A stretch of 50,879 nucleotides of DNA from an uncultured Bacteroides sp. (GTDB lineage Bacteria > Bacteroidota > Bacteroidia > Bacteroidales > SM23-62), in assembly GCA_964527875.1 (NCBI GenBank), contig CAZGOR010000002.1:1-50879 (forward strand), read 5' to 3'. The notes beneath the pieces were generated by a model. The model was not told the DNA's origin. It made no database searches and worked only from the letters and a program-made list of their open reading frames with translations. A program made the position numbers and the translations under genes. This document shows, in pieces, positions 47,349 to 50,879 of this stretch (position 1 is its first letter; every line of letters begins with the position of its first letter).

Positions 47349-48377
47349 ATGAAAGATTTAATACTTGTAACCGGAGGTACAGGATTTATCGGATCTCACA
47401 CTGCTGTCGAACTCATGAATGCCGGGTATGAAGTTGTGATCATCGACAATCTTTCAAATTCAACTGAAGAGGTTCTCGACGGGATCAAAATGATTACCGG
47501 GAAAAAACCACTTTTTGAAAAATTTGACCTTTGTGATATTAATTTACTGGAGGATTTTTTTAAGCGTTACCCAATGCTCAAGGCAGTTATTCATTTCGCT
47601 GCCTTTAAATCCGTAACCGAATCAGTCGAGCACCCCCTAACCTATTATGAAAACAATATCATGTCCCTTATCAACCTGCTTAAGCTAATGGTTCAATTCG
47701 GGATCAGTTATTTTGTCTTTTCTTCATCATGTACTGTTTATGGAGAGCCTGATGAGCTGCCGGTGACCGAGAATTCACCATTCAAAAAACCAAACTCGCC
47801 CTACGGGAATACCAAGCAGATTTCAGAAGAAATCATCAACGACATCATCAGGGCAAACTATCCAATAAAAGCAATCTCGCTCAGATATTTCAATCCGATT
47901 GGAGCACACCCATCCGGCTTTATAGGAGAATTACCTATAGGTATACCAGGTAACCTTGTTCCTTTTGTCACACAAACAGCTATTGGCATCCATAAGGAAT
48001 TATCTGTTTTTGGTAATGATTACAACACACCGGACGGTTCCTGTATAAGGGATTATATTGATGTAATCGATCTTTCAATAGCACATATAAAAGCAATAGA
48101 AAGATTGTTGCTAAAAAAGAATAAATCTGATTATGAAATTTTTAACCTTGGAACAGGAAAGGGTATTTCAGTTATTGAAATGATCAGGGCTTTCGAAAAA
48201 GCTACAAACGTCACAGTGAATTATAAAATAACAAGCCGCCGGCCCGGTGATGCGGAACAAATCTGGGCCGATACTTCATATGCAAATAAAGAACTTGGAT
48301 GGAAAGCTGAAACAACTCTTGCAGATACTCTTCGATCAGCCTGGAAATGGGAACAGTATTACCGTAAAAAAATCTAA
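47349..48377 (+). CDS. galE: UDP-glucose 4-epimerase
   Basis: 342 aa. VTGGTGFIGSH, YGNTK (YxxxK), and NLGTGKGISV typical of GalE. Confidence 0.9.
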   Translation: MKDLILVTGGTGFIGSHTAVELMNAGYEVVIIDNLSNSTEEVLDGIKMITGKKPLFEKFDLCDINLLEDFFKRYPMLKAVIHFAAFKSVTESVEHPLTYYENNIMSLINLLKLMVQFGISYFVFSSSCTVYGEPDELPVTENSPFKKPNSPYGNTKQISEEIINDIIRANYPIKAISLRYFNPIGAHPSGFIGELPIGIPGNLVPFVTQTAIGIHKELSVFGNDYNTPDGSCIRDYIDVIDLSIAHIKAIERLLLKKNKSDYEIFNLGTGKGISVIEMIRAFEKATNVTVNYKITSRRPGDAEQIWADTSYANKELGWKAETTLADTLRSAWKWEQYYRKKI

Positions 48378-48416
48378 TAAAAAAATCCGGATTATTAACT
48401 GATTTAACTACTATTT

Positions 48417-49472
48417 ATGGAAAAAACCATTATCATAACCGGAGGTGCCGGTTTTATCGGATCGCATGTAGTCAGAAGATTTGTTCAACAATACGAACAT
48501 TACCGTATTATCAACCTTGATCTTCTTTCTTACGCCGGGAATCTTGAGAACCTGAGAGATATCGAAAATGCAGAGAATTATCTTTTCATTAAAGGAGATA
48601 TTGTTGACGGAGCATTCATCCTTGATGTTTTCCAGCAATATCAACCTGATGCTGTTATCCATCTCGCTGCTGAATCACATGTCGACAGATCTATCATGGA
48701 TCCCCTCGCCTTTCTAAATACAAATGTTCTGGGTACAGTTAACCTGCTGAATGCATGCAGATCAATATGGAAATATCCTTTTAATAATAATTTATTCCTT
48801 CATGTTTCTACCGATGAAGTTTACGGATCACTTGGCAGTACAGGCAATTTTACGGAACAAACAGCTTATGATCCCCGCAGTCCTTATTCCGCCTCAAAAG
48901 CCAGCTCCGACCACATGGTAAATGCATATTATCATACATACAATATCCCGATTATTATATCCAATTGTTCAAATAATTATGGCTCTTATCAGTTCCCCGA
49001 AAAATTGATACCCCTTGCTATAAATAATATCAAAAATGAAAAACCGGTTCCTGTTTACGGTAAGGGTGAAAATATCCGTGACTGGCTTTATGTTATTGAT
49101 CATGCCAGGGCCTTAGACCTTCTTTTCAACAAGGGAACACGTGGTGAAAAATATAATATTGGCGGCAATAATGAATGGAAGAATATTGACCTGATCCGGC
49201 TCCTCTGTGACATCATGGACAAGAAACTAAAACGCCCGGAAGGAACTTCCTCACAGCTAATATCCTTCGTTAAGGATCGCGCAGGACATGACTTCAGGTA
49301 TGCCATCGATGCATCAAAAATTATGAATGAACTGGGATGGAAACCATCCGTTCAGTTCAGCGAAGGATTGGAAAATACAGTCAATTGGTACCTTGATAAC
49401 GAGGTATGGCTTAACCATGTTGTTTCAGGAGAATATCAGAAATACTACGAGAAACAATATCTGAAAAGATAA
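48417..49472 (+). CDS. rfbB: dTDP-glucose 4,6-dehydratase
   Basis: 351 aa. ITGGAGFIGSH, STDEVYG, YSASKASSDH. Confidence 0.93.
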   Translation: MEKTIIITGGAGFIGSHVVRRFVQQYEHYRIINLDLLSYAGNLENLRDIENAENYLFIKGDIVDGAFILDVFQQYQPDAVIHLAAESHVDRSIMDPLAFLNTNVLGTVNLLNACRSIWKYPFNNNLFLHVSTDEVYGSLGSTGNFTEQTAYDPRSPYSASKASSDHMVNAYYHTYNIPIIISNCSNNYGSYQFPEKLIPLAINNIKNEKPVPVYGKGENIRDWLYVIDHARALDLLFNKGTRGEKYNIGGNNEWKNIDLIRLLCDIMDKKLKRPEGTSSQLISFVKDRAGHDFRYAIDASKIMNELGWKPSVQFSEGLENTVNWYLDNEVWLNHVVSGEYQKYYEKQYLKR

Positions 49473-49502
49473 TCAGTTTACAATATAGTCGCAGGTCTGC
49501 AG

Positions 49503-49762
49503 GGTTGCAATGGTCGCAATATAAGAAGGCTAAGACTCGCCCTGTGAAATAATTTTGCTTGCAAAATTGCTTTGCATTTCACAGGGCAAGGCTAAGGCTA
49601 AGGAAAAATAGGGGTTAAAATGATGCAGGGCTACAAAGTTGAAGGGTCACAATGGTCACAGTTGTTACAATAGAAGAAGGCTTAGGCAATAGGAGTGTGA
49701 AAGTGTAAAAGTGTGAAAGTTCTACCGCCTGCCTGCCAGTAGGCATGGTTTTTAACCGGCAG
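49503..49762 (-). repeat. uninterrupted B+A repeat unit (right copy, inverted relative to the left copy)
   Basis: The reverse complement reads ...CTGCCGGTTAAAAACCATGCCTACTGGCAGGCAGGCGG...CCCTGCATCATTTTAACCCCTATTTTTCC|TTAGCCTTAGCCTTGCCCTGTGAAATGCAAAGCAATTTTGCAAGCAAAATTATTTCACAGGGCGAG.... This is A directly joined to B. Confidence 0.9.
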
Positions 49763-49936
49763 CTGTATTCACCAAGGGAGGCAATAGAAAAGTCCGGTTC
49801 CATAGTTATCAGGATAACCGGACACATTTACACCTGATCACGACATATCCCTGAATAAAAAGTTGATTTGTTAAAACCTCATTCAGAGTAATATAGCTTC
49901 TTTTAAAGCAAATTCTTTAAAAAAATCCAAAATTTA

Positions 49937-49967
49937 TTTGTTTTTAAAATAAAATATACTACTTTTG
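49937..49967 (+). promoter_or_regulatory. candidate Bacteroidota sigma-A promoter for the PadR operon
   Basis: TTTG (49937-49940), a 19-nt spacer, then TACTTTTG (49960-49967; TAnnTTTG), 33 nt before the ATG. Confidence 0.5.
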
Positions 49968-49999
49968 TTATATATAAGTTTATATTATATAATCAAATT

Positions 50000-50344
50000 A
50001 TGATATCAAGAGAATTACTCAAAGGATCGTTGAAGTCAATAGTATTGAAGTTATTGTCTGAACATGGAAGGATGTATGGTTACGAGATAACTCAGAAAGT
50101 TGAGATTTTGTCTCAGGGTAAAATAAAACTTACCTATGGAGCCCTGTATCCCATTCTGCATAAACTTGAAAAAGACGGGGATGTTATTACGGATTCGGAA
50201 ACTGTGAATAACCGGATTCGGATATATTATCAACTATCCAATAAGGGGATGAGAACAGCAAAAGAGAAGGTAAAGGAACTGGAAGTATTTCTGGAAACAA
50301 TTGGATCCCTGATTCAATCAAAACTTGCATTTATTAATGGCTGA
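50000..50344 (+). CDS. PadR family transcriptional regulator
   Basis: 114 aa. LKGSLKSIVLKLLSEHGRMYGYEITQKV...GALYPILHKLEKDG winged-helix signature. Confidence 0.9.
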   Translation: MISRELLKGSLKSIVLKLLSEHGRMYGYEITQKVEILSQGKIKLTYGALYPILHKLEKDGDVITDSETVNNRIRIYYQLSNKGMRTAKEKVKELEVFLETIGSLIQSKLAFING

Positions 50345-50879
50345 ACTCAGTTTGCATCAGATAGAACAAATCAGAAAAGATCTAAAAAGGGAAAGCATCA
50401 ATTACTCCCATCTTTTGCATGATCTGCTGGATCATATTTGTTGCGATGTTGAATATGAGATGGACCGTGGAATCAGTTTCGAGGATGCTTATTCCAACGT
50501 AAAAAACTGGATAGGCAAAAACCGATGTAAAAAAATCCAGGAGGAAACTTTATTATTAACCGATAATACATACCGCTTTATGAAATCAATGATGAAAATT
50601 TCCGGAATTATATCTCCGGCCCTGCTGGCAGTGGGCGCACTCTTTAAAATCCAGCATTGGCCGGGTGGTGGTGTTATAATAACACTGGGATTTTTCCTGC
50701 TCTGCTGTTTCTTTTTACCTTCAGCCATTTATGTGCTTTATAAGGAAAATAAAGGGAAACGCTTCTTTCTTTATTTATCAGGCTTTATCAGTTTTTTTCC
50801 ATGGATGGCCGGAACGTTGTTTAAAGTCCAGCACTGGTCAGGTGCAGGTGTCCTTTTAACGATCGGTATTGCTGCAACA
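50337..50879 (+). CDS. membrane protein with repeated FK(I/V)QHW(P/S)G hairpin motif, 3' end beyond the window
   Basis: Not in the supplied track because it runs off the end. ATGGCTGA overlaps the PadR stop by 8 nt. The frame is open to 50879: MAELSLHQIEQIRKDL...GALFKIQHWPGGGVIITLGFFLL...GTLFKVQHWSGAGVLLTIGIAAT. Confidence 0.65.
   Translation, partial: MAELSLHQIEQIRKDLKRESINYSHLLHDLLDHICCDVEYEMDRGISFEDAYSNVKNWIGKNRCKKIQEETLLLTDNTYRFMKSMMKISGIISPALLAVGALFKIQHWPGGGVIITLGFFLLCCFFLPSAIYVLYKENKGKRFFLYLSGFISFFPWMAGTLFKVQHWSGAGVLLTIGIAAT

Noticed and set aside
1674-49306. Numerous 60-175-codon ORFs nested antisense or out of frame inside long genes (for example 1674-1913, 3557-3907, 3926-4273, 4646-5005, 11447-11839, 24528-24950, 28888-29415, 31533-31931, 40469-40810, 41092-41571, 46035-46406, 48411-48662)
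   Set aside because: Each lies wholly within a longer ORF that has strong family signatures. Their composition is typical of shadow frames, and none has its own promoter-like or start context.
39776-49502. The repeat-bounded 9.7-kb block as a composite transposon or genomic island
   Set aside because: It contains no transposase or integrase, carries the essential metG gene, and has a composition like the rest of the chromosome. I retained it only as a possible inversion substrate.
1-50879. CRISPR arrays, tRNA, rRNA
   Set aside because: The repeated sequences found are inverted or dispersed, not regularly spaced direct repeats. No cloverleaf-compatible GTTCGAATC-type T-arm with acceptor stem and no rRNA-like conserved stretch was seen in any intergenic region.

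Overview
About 51 kb of a Bacteroidota chromosome. The phylum call rests on T9SS/gliding genes (porX, a PorW/SprE-like lipoprotein, gldH), TTTG/TAnnTTTG-type promoter boxes and the absence of Shine-Dalgarno sites at ordinary genes. Most of the window is housekeeping: gltX, waaA, class II RNR nrdJ, tdh-kbl, alanine dehydrogenase-like, tsaE, NifU-like plus Mrp/ApbC, trmB, PSP1/RicT-holB, pgk, metG, and a wbpE-D-B-A-like/galE/rfbB nucleotide-sugar block. I saw no rRNA, tRNA or CRISPR array. The unusual content is as follows. (1) An accessory islet (33.1-37.1 kb) carries an orphan Rhs-core tip fused to an unrecognised, apparently membrane-active C-terminal domain, with a tightly coupled, very AT-rich 3-TM putative immunity gene. 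Next to it lie a secreted C1 peptidase and rearranged group II intron relics (an RT fragment ending at YADD, followed directly by a GUGUG-initiated ribozyme 5' half). (2) An 844-bp GC-rich, ORF-less insertion (38831-39674) has a group II intron-like D5/D6 3' end. It sits inside a hairpin-rich repeat whose uninterrupted copy elsewhere in the window serves as an empty site. (3) The two copies of that ~250-bp repeat are inverted and bracket 9.7 kb (metG to rfbB). (4) An Avd-like four-helix-bundle gene is bracketed by a perfect 32-bp inverted repeat, and related gene-less 'word' repeats are scattered through intergenic regions. (5) A ~130-bp MITE-like repeat occurs in two copies. (6) There are several long perfect palindromes. 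All family assignments come from motif recognition by eye; no database search or folding program was run.
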